Source: an uncultured Candidatus Peribacteria bacterium (GTDB taxonomy: Bacteria; Patescibacteriota; Gracilibacteria; Absconditabacterales; Absconditicoccaceae). Taken from it: 64,000 bases of DNA. Under the pieces are notes generated by a model. The model made no database searches. It was given only the letters and a program-made list of their open reading frames with translations, and was not told the DNA's origin. The stretch spans positions 12,618-76,617 of the forward strand of contig CAYQLB010000003.1 of NCBI GenBank assembly GCA_964418415.1, given 5' to 3'. Each line of letters begins with the position of its first letter. Position 1 is the stretch's first letter. Shown piece by piece: positions 23,310 to 35,633 of this stretch. Both the position numbers and the translations under genes were made by a program.

Positions 23310-25676
23310 ATGGCTGATCAAGTACCGCAGATGCCGCAAACGCCGATGCAGCAAGATCCTCAAATCCCTGTACAAGCGCAACAACAAATCCCTGGGGCAC
23401 CACTCCAGCAGGCTCCTGTCGAACAAGCTCCTCTTCGTCCTCAACAAACGGCTAATGTCACGAAGCCTACATCCAAGATTTCCATGAAGGGAATATTGAT
23501 TTGATGTGGTCTTATCTTTATGTTCGTGGTCTGAGGATTGTCACTTGTGTTCTATAATCTTATGAACAATCCGACGCAGCTTTCGAGCGTAGGATTAGAT
23601 CCAAATACTACAAAGACCTTATTACAGACATTTTCTGTGTTATTTTTTGGTCTTTTGACCTTCCTTGGTATAGGACTCCTCATTGTCAATCTCTATAGAG
23701 TGATTACCGTAAAAAATAAATCGAAAATCTGATATATTTTTGGCGCTTTTCTTGGATTTATCGTATTTATTTTGGCTATCGTTCTCTGATCGAGAATCAT
23801 TACCCTCGTGAGAAATTTTTCTGTAGAAAATATTCTGGATAGTGATAAACTTATCATGCCGTATATTCAGCTCAAAGATAAGCCGACCTATACACGTGGT
23901 GATGTGGCACTGAAACTGATCGCTCCGGCAACGATGCGATATACACTCAATAGCAATTATTTTAATTCTCAAATAGTTCCTCCGCTCTGACAAGTAAATT
24001 TCCAGACCATAGTCTTGGATTGTGGTAATGGTCAAAAACTTAACCTAAATTTCACGACCTTCCAATTTGAAGGGTCATGTATCTACTTCAAAAAATGAGA
24101 ATATCCACTAAATCTCGAGACGAGCTATATCAATATTCCGACTTCGGAGAAAATAGAAAAAACCTTTCCAGCAGGATCTATTGTTTTCGATTCTGAGATC
24201 AATGTCGGACCGACAAAAGGCAAACTTACCTTCAATGATGCTAATACGGAGATGATTCTTGGAAAAACACCGAGCAAAGTAATGTTCGATGCAAGTGCAG
24301 TATTCAAGGATCTAAGTATGACAGATTATAAAATTATCTGGGATTTTAATGGTGATGGTGAGGCAGACAAACAAAATAATGCTTCTACAACCTATGTCTA
24401 CAATGAAGCAAAACTCTACAACGTATATGTAAGATTCCCTACGCTCAATAATTATATTTATACATTCCCTGTCAGAGTAGAACAATCTGATGTCCCTGTA
24501 TGTGAAGTGGTTGTTACTCAGGCGGAAGGAAAAAATTATACAGTCACAACCAATTTCTTCGACAAAACCGTAAATATCACTAATTATCAATTCGATATTC
24601 TTAATAGAAATAATAAAGATAAAGTTATCGAAACGATAAGAAATAATAATGGTAGTTTTACCTATATTTTCCAAAACGCTTGAACGTATGCTATCCAAAA
24701 CACTTTCCTTACAGAAGATGATAAGCAAGGGCAATGTGAAAGTGATGATATCCAAATAGGAGTGACAGATTTTCAAGTAAACTATGATAGCTATTTCAAA
24801 TCACCGAATTCTCCACAATTCAAAAAAGTAGGTAATGAAGGTATAGTATTTTGGAGTGGAGAAGAATTGATACTTACGGAGATCCCTACGGTCATAAAAT
24901 TACAAATCAATCAAATTATTCCAAATTCTACGACTGCAGTCAAAAAAGTGCAGATTGATGGAAAGCAAGTACTTTCTACTGATCCAAATAGTTTCGAATT
25001 CACTATTTCTGATAACGCAGACCATGAAGCAAAACTGCTTATAGAGGATACGCCGAGCGGTGCCAAGACAGAGATACTTATTCCTATCAAGATACATAGA
25101 CCAGATATTATCGGAAAGGTGATTGTTACTCCAGGGACCGTAGGTACAGATCCATTCAATGTCACTTTTGATGTTTCTACGACGGTTCTCAATACTACAG
25201 GAGATGAAATAGTATCCTTTACTTGGGACTTTTGAGATGGTAGTCCTGTGAAGAAAAATTTTTCTGAATCTATCATCACGCATACCTACAGATACGATAT
25301 AAACAACGAGAATGGGACATTCCATCCGCTTATCACCATAAAAACGAAGAAGGGTCGTGAAGTGACCATTACCACGGAAAATGATATTATCGTCAAAAGA
25401 GCTAATCAGACATTAAATATCTTTATAGATTCTCATCCTGCACAAGTAGCGAATATTGGCGATAGAGTAGGATTCTCCTTAGAATTCAACGGCTTGCCTA
25501 CAGAAATAGCACGAGATTTTTGAGATGGTAAAACACTGACATGCAATACTAGGCAAGAATGTGGTACAACGAATCATGTCTATGTATCGCCAGGAACATA
25601 CCTTATCAGAGCATCAGTTTCTTATGAAAATCAACCGACAATTGACGGCACAATTACCTTAAAAGTAAATCCATAA
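23310..25676 (+). CDS. membrane protein with Gln/Pro-rich N-terminus, 3 TM helices and PKD-type repeats (788 aa)
   Basis: ATG 23310 to TAA 25674. Six track ORFs share one frame and are joined by TGA. PKD signatures are IIWDFNGDGEAD, FTWDFGDGSPV and IAWDFGDGKTL..NHVYVSPGTY (the last W is CGA). Confidence 0.85.
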
Positions 25677-25692
25677 AAGAATATATAGAGAT

Positions 25693-25725
25693 CAAAAAAA
25701 ACTTCGCATTTGCGAAGTTTTTTTA
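25693..25725. terminator. bidirectional rho-independent terminator
   Basis: aacttcgca tt tgcgaagtt flanked by an A-run and a T-run. It overlaps the stop of the convergent minus-strand gene. Confidence 0.75.
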
Positions 25726-26463
25726 TTTAACAAGATGAGTTATGGTATACAATCATAGTTCATCAAGCTTTTTCATAATACCCATGACATACCCTCTAAA
25801 TTCTTTGGTTGTCGGGGTATAGGTTGTCATAATGTTGAGTTTTTTTATCGCATTCATATGTTTCGTATATCGGTCAAAAGTAGGAAAGATGTTGATCGGA
25901 ATTCCTGTTGCTATCTGTATGTTCATAAGCGAATGAATAAAAAAATTTTTTACTCTTATCCCAAATCATAATTCTCATGGATGTATGTTGTAGGTATGTC
26001 CAAAAAGGATCCTTGAGAGTATCGTTACTAATTGATCTCTCGTAAGTACATAGTCAGGATTGAAGGTGGAAACAGGGTTTCCATAATAATCACGTCCCAT
26101 GATACCGAGTTGACAAGAAAGGAGTATGTATTTTTGTACTTCTGCGATTTCATTGCCTATATCATTGAAACTGCAGTTTGCATGTTCATCAGGGATAATA
26201 TTAAACACCTTGATGGCAAATACTGACATCATCTTGGCTGCTGATTTTCTGTAAATAGGACCATCCATATTTGCCTTATTGATATCAGGAATAGTTGTTA
26301 TTCCCAAAGAATACGCCCATGTATAGAGAGGAGTCCAATCATTTTTATGTGTGGGTGTTTCATCATAGCTTTGTCTCATAAATACAGAAATCATTACGAA
26401 CATAACTATTGTTATGCAGAAGACGATAAGAAAAATATATATAGGTGAGAAAGTTTTTTTCAT
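25723..26463 (-). CDS. membrane-anchored protein with SLH-like repeats
   Basis: MKKTFSPIYIFLIVFCITIVMFVMISVF anchor. FNDIGNEIAEVQKYILLSCQLGIMGRDYYGNPVSTFNPDYVLTRDQLVTILSRIL resembles an S-layer-homology repeat. It reads through TGA 25975 to TAA 25723. Confidence 0.6.
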
Positions 26464-26652
26464 AGTATGATGTATACTGTTTTAGTAAATAAAATCCATA
26501 TTTTTTTATAGTTTGACTCATAGTTGTACATAAAAAAATACCCGCTCATGTCGGAACAGAGAAATATATCGTAAAAGAAATACATAAGATTTTTTTGTTG
26601 AAAAATCAGCAGGTTTTGATATAATAGGAGAGATTTATATTATTCTTTACCC

Positions 26653-26937
26653 ATGACTGTTTCCGAATCAGAAATCAGACGTCTACAAAAACTTTCTTGT
26701 ATTGCGCTTACCCCGGAAGAAGAAAAAAAACTCTGAAAACAACTTAACGATATCATAGGATTCTTGGGACAACTCCCTCAAATTAAGGGAGATATTTCTT
26801 CCAAATCCAAAGAAAATGCATTGGTTCTTAGGACCTTGAAAGGAGTAAAAATGGATGCAAACATCAAGAAAATCATGGAAAATGTGAAACATCCTGTTAT
26901 TAACAATTCTATCGTGATTAAGTCCGTATTAAATTAA
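26653..26937 (+). CDS. gatC: Asp/Glu-tRNA amidotransferase subunit C
   Basis: 94 aa, MTVSESEIRRLQKLSCIALTPEEEKKLGKQLNDIIGFLGQL.. This is the typical GatC N-terminal pattern. One TGA (Gly). Confidence 0.75.
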
Positions 26938-27222
26938 TATGCTTTTTGTGGATAAATAATTGCCTAACGGTTGTCGAAAGGTAGCTGTTTATTAGTTTTG
27001 GCAATTTTAGGCAACTATTGGTCAATCTTTAGTTTATTTTTGGTCGCGAAGCGTTTGTTTATAAGAAATAGAGTGAATAAAGTAGTTTTTACTTGAAATA
27101 AAGTCGCGATTTCGTATACAAAGTCTCGAAAAGAGATTTTTTTTATTCAACAAAAAAATCGACGCTTAAACTAACATACATTGTTTAATCGTTTTTACCA
27201 TTTTATCATTTTATCAATTAGT

Positions 27223-29328
27223 ATGGCCGAGCGAAAAAGCCTAGACAAAGTGAGAAATATTGGAATTATGGCTCACATCGATGCAGGAAAAACAACCTTT
27301 ACAGAAAGAGTCTTATATTACACAGGGAAAAAGCATAAGATCTGAGAAACTCATGATGGAGAAGCAGATATGGATTGGATGGAACAAGAAAAAGAGAGAG
27401 GAATTACTATTACCTCCGCTGCTACTACCTGTTTTTGGTATGATTGTCAGATCAATATTATCGATACTCCAGGACACGTAGACTTTACGGTTGAAGTAGA
27501 GAGATCTCTTAGAGTGTTAGATGGTGCTGTTGCTCTTTTGGATGGATCTCAGTGAGTAGAACCTCAGACAGAAACCGTTTGGAGACAAGCAGATAAATAT
27601 GGAGTTCCAAGAATCATTTTTGTAAACAAGATGGACAAACTTGGAGCTGATTTTTATATGTCCGTAGATTCTATCAAATCTAGAATTACAGACAAAGGAG
27701 TTGTTCTTCAACTTCCTGTAGGACAAGCCGATGAATTCAAAGCTATCGTAGATTTGATAACCATGAAAATGTATACGTTCTCATGAGAAAAAGGTATCGA
27801 AATACACGAAGAAGAAATGCCAGCCAATATGCTCGAAAAAGCAAAGACATACAGAGAAGAAATGATCGACAAGATATCTATGTTTGATGATGAATTAGCA
27901 GAAAAATTCCTCGCTGGAGAAGAACCATCTATTGAACTTATCAAAAAAGCAATCAGAAATGGAACAATAAATAATAATTTATATCCTGTACTTTGTGGAT
28001 CTGCACATCAAAATATTTGAGTGCAATTATGACTCAATGCAGTCATTGATTTTTTACCAACTCCGTTGGATAGAGGAGCTATGAAGGGAATAGATCCAGA
28101 TGATGAGACAAAAATTCTTGAAAGATTACCAAAAGATAGTGAACCAGTTTCAGCAATTGCATTCAAAATTGCTACTGATCCATTCGTTGGAACCCTTACT
28201 TTCGTAAGAGTGTATTCAGGTATCATAAAGACATGAGACACATTGCTCAATCCACTTACCAGACAAAAAGAAAGAGTAGGAAGATTGTTGCTTATGCATG
28301 CCAACAAGAGAGAAGAAATATCAGAAATACATGCTGGTCATATCTGCGCCTTCCTCGGACTCAAAGATACGAGAACAGGACATACGCTCTGTGATATGAA
28401 AGATCCTATTATTCTTGAAAAAATGACATTTCCTGCACCAGTTATCGATATCGCTATCGAACCAAAATCAAAAGGTGATCAGGAGAGAATGGGTATCGGA
28501 CTTTCCAAACTCGCATACGAAGATCCTTCATTCAAATATTACTCAGATCCAGAAAGTAATCAGACGATCATCGCAGGAATGGGAGAGTTACATCTAGAGA
28601 TTATTGTAGATAGATTGAGAAGAGAGCACAAAGTCGAAGTGAACACAGGAAAACCTCAAGTCGCCTACAGAGAGACTATCCAGCAGGATGCAGATGGAGA
28701 AGGAATATTCAAGAGACAGACAGGAGGTAGAGGACAATTTGGACACGTATTGCTTCACCTACAAAAAAACATGGAGAAAGATTATGAGTTCAAGGATGAG
28801 GTAACAGGAGGTACTATCCCGAAAGAATTCATTCCAGCTATCGATAAGGGAGCGAAGGAAACGGTTGCACAGTGAGTTCTTGCAGGATATCCTATTATCA
28901 ACGTAAGAGTAGTTCCTTACGATGGATCGTATCATGATGTAGATTCCTCTGAAATCGCGTTCAAAATTGCTACCTATAGAGCGTTCAAGGATGCCTTCAT
29001 GAAGGCAGGTCCATGTATCTTGGAACCTATCATGGATGTAGAAGTTGTTACGCCAGAAGATTATGTCGGAGATGTGATGGGAGATCTTTCTTCTAGAAGA
29101 GGAATGATCCAAGGACAAGACAAGAGAGGAAATGCAGCAGTGATCAAAGCTAAAGTTCCATTGTCTGAGATGTTCGGATATACGACTGATTTAAGATCAA
29201 ATACCCAATGAAGAGCGCAGTCATCTATGCACTTCTCATCATACGAAAAGGTGCCAGACAATGTTGCTAAGAAGATCATAGAAGAAAGAGTTGGAGCTGG
29301 AAAGATCAAAGCTATGGATGCTGAATAG
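27223..29328 (+). CDS. fusA: translation elongation factor G
   Basis: [24 protein letters not shown] (TGA 27343-27345 = Gly), [31 protein letters not shown] (TGA 27553-27555). 701 aa, TAG 29326. Confidence 0.97.
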
Positions 29329-29365
29329 TAATTAGATCTTAGAACTTAGTTCTTAGACTTTAGAT

Positions 29366-29397
29366 AAAAAAAGCTTCGCTTTGGTGGAGCTTTTTTG
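29366..29397 (+). terminator. rho-independent terminator after fusA
   Basis: aaaagct..agctttttt hairpin followed by a T-run. Confidence 0.5.
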
Positions 29398-29571
29398 CTT
29401 GCAAACTTTTTGGACATGAATATCAAGATAAAAAGCAATTAGAGATGATAAATGATAGATGTTAGATGAAGGATTTTGTTTGTATATAGACTATAGTAAT
29501 GTTACAATAGTTTATTTTAGTAAGTCATACATTTATCATTTCTAATTTATCATTTATCATTACAATTTATC

Positions 29572-30075
29572 ATGCATAAAAAAGTCGTCGTCAATGACAT
29601 CATGCAGAAAAACTATACCTATTATCTGACTGAACCGATGGGCAGGAGTTTTTCTCCAATGTTTCATCCGGAATTAACACCGCAGGAGATGCTCGAGATG
29701 GGCGTATTTTGAGGAAAATACATGACAGATTGTCAGAAAGAATTTCCTTTATCGCGATTCAAAAAAGCGAAATTATGCTCGATCAAACACGATCCAAAAC
29801 TTAATTTCTTCGGTGTGAATGCTTCGCAATCACTTAAAGTCTGGCAAGAGAAATGACGAATTAATGAAGAAGATCCTCGTGGTCGATTTCAACGATATTG
29901 TAGATATTATATGGGGAGGAGGGGTTCAGATGATGAACGTCAAATTAAACGTTGGAGAGCGATCAAGAGACATATTGTTCAAATAAAGAAATGATGTTAT
30001 CCTCTAGATCGAGACTGTAGAAAAAGACAGAGGCAAGCAGTATTACATCGAGCGTATGATAGCAGGAAATTGTAG
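29572..30075 (+). CDS. conserved hypothetical protein (MGVFGGKYM / GWFQWY-type motifs)
   Basis: ATG 29572 to TAG 30073. With CGA=W it reads ..KGWINEEDPRGWFQWYCRYYMGRRGSDDERQIKRW..LHWAYDSRK. I recall this W-rich pattern from a widespread uncharacterised family, but I cannot name the family. Confidence 0.6.
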
Positions 30076-30079
30076 ATTA

Positions 30080-30952
30080 TTATTTCTTCTCTATGGGTAG
30101 AGAAACTACCGTTCCATCTTTTTTTCATAGTGCAAATAACAAAGAAAAATCGTCATTATCAATTCCTTGTCATAAAATATATTCAACAGCATCATTGGGG
30201 GAGACATATAATCTTCCTAATATTGAACTCTTGAGGGTTAATGTTATTCCTATTTTTTTAAGTGATTCATAGATAAGTTCTGAACAATAGAGAGTACTAG
30301 TATCTTCGGTGATAAGGTCAAAATCATAGTTTTTTCCAAGATTATTGAGTGTATGATGTAAGAATATTTCAAGATTGCCCGTATTGGTGAGTATCCTAAA
30401 AGCGATAATCGATTCTAAGTAAGAATTTTCTTCATTCTTAATGTTTGCTACATCCATGAGATTTCTGATATGAACACCTTTGGATGTACTATCTATTATG
30501 AGCTCTTCTATATCATTGGTAAAATACGGTGCTAATGCTAGATATATATCTCCTGTTTCACTAAATTTTTCGACGAGCTTTGGACGAGTACCGATATAAA
30601 TGATAGAATGTTGTCGTTTCCCCGGTATAAAAAAACTGCTTACATATCTACTATCGGTGAAAAAGATATCGCCAGGCTGTAATTGTGATATAGAATTTTT
30701 TATATCTGTCCGTGTCAGTGATGCTCATGGGTCGGTTACGATATTGTAATCATCATCCAAAGTAAAATCTCTGATGGCTATATGACTAATACTTGCCATG
30801 AGTACCGACTGAATAGGAAGTCTGATGGTGCTATCTATGATAGGAATGGTTTTTGGAAATATCAAGGAAAATACTATAAATACCAAAAAGATTCAACCAA
30901 TGGTGGATAATATCAGTACACAGATGTTTGTTATGATTTTCATTTTTGCCAT
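30080..30952 (-). CDS. YiiX/YaeF-type permuted papain-like (C92) amidase, membrane-anchored
   Basis: N-terminal anchor MAKMKIITNICVLILSTIGGIFLVFIVF. Motifs QPGDIFFTDS and STLYCSELIYESL. It reads through TGA 30170 to TAA 30080. The start could instead be 30943. Confidence 0.6.
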
Positions 30953-30978
30953 ACAGCTTAGTAGGTGGTAAATAAGCT

Positions 30979-32049
30979 CTATTTCATACTTTCTGCCAAT
31001 AATCTCGATTGGTTTTCCATAATGAGCGCATCGATCATATCTTGAATATCGCCGGTCATAAAGACAGGTAGATTGGACCATGATTGATGAATACGATGAT
31101 CAGTAACTCTATCTTGAGGAAAATTATAGGTTCTAATTTTTTCTGATCTATCGCCGTTTCCAATTTGGTCACCCCTAAGTGTTTTTGTCTCTGCGTTTTT
31201 TTTGTCGAGCTCTACTTGATACAATCTTGCTTTGAGAATTGACCAAGCTTTTTCTTTATTATGCATTTGAGATTTACTATCTTGGATATTAACAATTACT
31301 CAACTTGGAATATGACGTAATCTTACTCCCGTTTGATTCTTATTAGCATTTTGTCCTCCTGCTGTCGATCATGCATAAGTATCTATTTCTACATCTTGAG
31401 GATTGATATGAAAATCTATATCTTCGGCTTCAGGCATAATTGCTACGGTTACTGTTGAGGTATGTACTCTTCATTGGCTTTCTGTTGCTGGTATTCTTTG
31501 TACTCTATGAACTCCGCTTTCAAATTTCATGATAGAGTATACACTACTTCCACTGATTTTTACCATCACAAATTTGATGCCTCCGATATCAGAAAGCTGT
31601 TCTTCTACGATTTCTGTTTTTCGTCATTTTTTCACTGCATATCCAAGATACATTTTCAAGAGTTCTGTTGCAAACAATCCCGCTTCATCACCACCAGCTG
31701 CTGGTCTGATTTCTAAAAAAATATTTTTGTCATCATTTGGATCTTTTGGGAGGAGTTCAATCTTAATCTTCTGTTCGAGTGTTTCCAATTGTATTTCTCC
31801 TTCTTTCAATTCTTCTTTGGCCATCTCTACCATCTCTACGTCATTTTCATTGTTCAATAGTTCTTTGGCGCCTTTTACTTGTTCATCATATTTTCTATAT
31901 GTTTGAATAAGATCGTAGATGTCCTGTAAAGATGATATCTCTTTATTGACAGCGATAGATTTTTTAGTATCAGAAATAATTTCAGGATTCATTGATTGTT
32001 CCCTGAGTTCAAGATATCTTTTTTCTATATTTGCTAATTTATCTAACAT
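30979..32049 (-). CDS. prfA: peptide chain release factor 1
   Basis: [14 protein letters not shown] (the RF1 PxT tripeptide context) and [17 protein letters not shown] (GGQ). TAG stop at 30979-30981. Confidence 0.92.
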
Positions 32050-32104
32050 ACTAATGAATGAATAATTAAAAATGAAAAATGAAAAACGATGGTATCATTT
32101 TTAA

Positions 32105-32464
32105 CTAATATCCATCTTTCTTTTTAGATGTTTTTATACTTGCTACAAGTATTTTCAATAATTCTTCTCATAAATGATATAATGATATGTATTCGTTTTT
32201 GTTGATATATTCTGTTTCTAAAAGAATATCTAATCGATATAAGGTTTCATTAGCTTCTTTGAGTGCAATACTCATTTTATTTATAAAGTCAGCTCTGGAT
32301 TGTCCAAATTCAGCTTCACGAACTAAAGCTCAAATACTTGTTCATGATCTTATCAATTGTTTGCTTAGAATAAATTCTTGTTTTTTCTGAGAAAGATGCT
32401 GATAAAGTCTTACGATTTTAATGCTGAATTTATAACTCTTTGTTTTAAGAATATTCTCAGTCAT
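32105..32464 (-). CDS. four-helix-bundle protein (TIGR02436 / Avd-like), second copy
   Basis: SKQLIRSGTSIGALVREAEFGQSRADFINKMSIALKEANETLY[CGA]LDIL matches the family signature, ending in the ETxYWLxLL box. Confidence 0.8.
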
Positions 32465-32525
32465 ATAATTAATAAATAGTAAATTCCTACATTTTTCATT
32501 ATTCGTTATTCGTTTTTCATTATAT

Positions 32526-33161
32526 TTAGTAAAAAACTTGTCCGATGATCGTAAAGAGAAAATTGAAAATTGCGGTGGCGACTTTTACAAAAATAGGACT
32601 TGCGATATACACCAGTGCTATAACGAAAATTATACCGAAACGTGCATTTTGTTCCATCCATGCTGCTGCATCATACCATCGGATTTTGATCAGTCTATAG
32701 CCATCAAGTGGCGCAATGGGGATAAGATTGAAGATAGCAAGTGCTATGTTGAGAAAGCTGAAATTGATCCAGAAACTATTCATAATGTCGATATTATTGA
32801 GAAAAATATCATTGGGAGTTCCTCCGATGAGTTTCGTATAGATGAGGATAACAAGGATACCGATAATTGCTAATATCAAATTCGTAGCTGGTCCTGCGAG
32901 CGCTACCATCAGCTCTCATTTGCGGGGATTTTTATAGTACATAGGGTTGACTTGTACAGGTTTACCTCGTCAGAAATGTGCGACAAATACCATAAGAAAT
33001 CCTATAGGATCGAGATGTTTTAGTGGATTGGGAGTTAGTCTTCATTGTAATTTAGGTGTAGGATCTCCCAGACGATAGGAAACATATGCATGAGCATATT
33101 CATGCATTCCTATAGATACGGCAAGAATAATCGCCAATTGTACAATTTCAAAGATATCCAT
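32526..33161 (-). CDS. site-2 protease family (peptidase M50) membrane metalloprotease
   Basis: HEYAHA zinc motif, HFG[CGA]GKPVQVNP (= FGWxKPV box), NLIPIAPLDGY. Confidence 0.88.
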
Positions 33162-33259
33162 AATTAAAACCAATATATAAAGACAGATTAGATGAAATAG
33201 GCGGATTAGACGTGATAGGACTTAATCTGTCTAATCTATCTCAAAATCAGTCTAATAGT

Positions 33260-35251
33260 TTATTTTATTGCATTAGTGAGAAAGTTCGAGAAGTTATTGA
33301 AGTTCCAAACTCTTTTTCCATCGATATGGATATTGTTGACAAGTTGAAGATTTTTATAAATATACTCCCTCCAGTTGTATTCATCGATCTCTATTGTTCA
33401 GGTGCCGAAAAGTTTTTCCATAAGTGTAGGTTTGATATTGAGATTGAGATATTCTTTTCCGAGAATAACAAATGGCATATCCTTAGAATAGATGCTGTTG
33501 ATTTCAATCAATGGTTTCCTTTTGCCTTTTTCATCAGCAGCGATATATTGCTTCAAAAGCGTAGTAAGTTTTTGGTTTTGATATTGAGATGGATTGATTT
33601 CTGATTTGTCAGTGCTAAAGAGTTTAGTGAGATCTTGTTTGAGTCCCATATCTACAGCACTGATAAGAATATCATAATCACCGACCATGAGTTTGCCTTG
33701 TAATTCTTCAGGGGTTGCTATTTTTTTGAATTCGAAATTTTCTGTAATGTTTGCTTGTTGGAAAATATCTTGCATCCTTGCTACAACAAAATCGTTGATA
33801 TAATTGCTATAGTAAATAACAGTGAGTTTGACAGGTTGACCTTCATAATCTTCGGGTTGTGGTTCTGAGATAACATTATAAATATCGAGTGAAGCAAGTA
33901 AGTTTTTTTTAGCTCCGACATAACCATAGAGAGAATATTTATTTATTCCTGATCAGAAATTTTTTTCTCCGAAACCAAAGGTATACCATCCGGACTTTCC
34001 TCATTTAGTGAAATGTAATGGAGTATAGGTTTTGCCTTTATATTCTATCGTGATTTTATCATAGCCTGGATCGAAGACCAGCTCTACAGGAAATGATGTT
34101 CAGGTATCTACGAAGTAAACGAGTTTTTTGTTTCCTCCTTGAAGAAAAAGCGATTTGGGTAATGATTGAATATTTATGTCGATAAGATCATCTTTGGTTA
34201 TAGCATTTTCACTGTATTCACGATTGAGGAGATTCTTTACATCGAGTCCGGTGGATTGAAACACATCGAAGAGTCCGTCATCATTTTTTTTGAAATATTC
34301 TTCATATCCACTGCTATAAAAATTATGTTTAATGAGTCATCCAAGCACTCTTCTTCCTCTAACGCGGAGTTTTTCAGAGTTAGTATTGAAGAAGGTCATA
34401 ACGAGTTGATTAGTAAGCAATTTTTTTGCTTCATATCCATATAATGTCTCTTCTCCGAGATAAGCGTCAATAATAGATTTGCCTCAATTTTCAATCGATC
34501 TTTTGAAGTTATCAAATGTCGTAGTATTTTTGACTTGATAGAAATTGAGATTACTTTGATTACAATTAACGAGATTGAAGACAAGAGAATATTCATCATT
34601 GGATTGACCGATGAGATTGGCACAATTTGTATAGACTGGCTTAAACGCGAACATAGATTTGTAATCATTTAATTCTGCGTTGATTAATATATGTTTAGGA
34701 AGTATATAGTTGGTGAAAAAGAGAATATTGTCAGATGATGGGGTAGAAAAGGTCACTTTCAAGGTATTGTTGATGTCTTTGGATATAGTGATATCATTGT
34801 ATTGAGTAAGAAGTGTTAACTTCCACATATTATTGCGCAAAATTTCGTCGTAGGTAAAAAAGACATCTTCCAGTGAAACAGGTGTGCCGTCAGATCGTAT
34901 AAATCATTTATTGAGATGTATAGTGTAATTTTGATTGTCTTCAGTGGTTACCGTACATAAATCAGGGATATATGAAACAGTATGGGAATCATATGTCGGC
35001 TTAAGACATCCATTGAAAAGTAATCCTTGATAGAAATTACTCTGAATATCGTTACGGAGATAGGGGAGATATGATGTATTGCCAAATATTCCTTCTACAA
35101 AAGTTCCTCCCTTGGTGCTTATCTGAGTAGAAGAAAATTCTACATATTGATATCCCACATAAATACTTATCAGTATCCGAAAAAATAATGATAAGAAAAA
35201 GACATCTCTCAGAATATCCCTTACGAGTTTAGTCTTGATCGATAAAATCAT
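33260..35251 (-). CDS. ABC transporter substrate-binding protein, family 5 (peptide/nickel type), membrane-anchored
   Basis: 663 aa. Track ORFs 33398, 34484 and 34904 share one frame. I verified codon by codon that the gap 33776-34483 contains only TGA. Family assignment rests on general SBP_bac_5-like length and pattern only. Confidence 0.6.
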
Positions 35252-35254
35252 AGA

Positions 35255-35479
35255 TTATTTGGAATACGGTAAAATAAGCGAAACGAGCAAGAAAATGATA
35301 CCAGTAACGAGAGCAACCTTCTTGAGCTTATTTTCGAGGGTTTTTTTGCTTCCGTATTCGTTCCCTCCTGCCATACCACCGATACCTAAACCGAGACCTC
35401 CTTTTGGAGACATAAGTAGGACAGATCCTATGAAGGCAATTCCTGCGAGGATAAGTACGATAACCAATAATGTATGCAT
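35255..35479 (-). CDS. secG: preprotein translocase subunit SecG
   Basis: 74 aa with two TM helices and a Gly-rich loop: LLMSPKGGLGLGIGGMAGGNEYG. Confidence 0.8.
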   Translation of the reverse strand: MHTLLVIVLILAGIAFIGSVLLMSPKGGLGLGIGGMAGGNEYGSKKTLENKLKKVALVTGIIFLLVSLILPYSK

Positions 35480-35633
35480 TTTTTTATAACAAAAAATAAA
35501 GTGGCATAACTATATATATATAGCTTGGAAATTCAACCACAATTAAAAAAGATGCAAGATACAAGATACGAGACATAAGATGTTTTTTTGTCTAATATCA
35601 TGAATCATGCATCGTGTATTAGGAAACGTATGT

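Noticed and set aside
26938-27222. Possible ncRNA or riboswitch in the 285-bp spacer upstream of fusA
   Set aside because: It contains only short, weak direct repeats (ttgcctaa/ttggcaat, gtcgcga). I found no convincing conserved helices and nothing I can match to a known RNA family.
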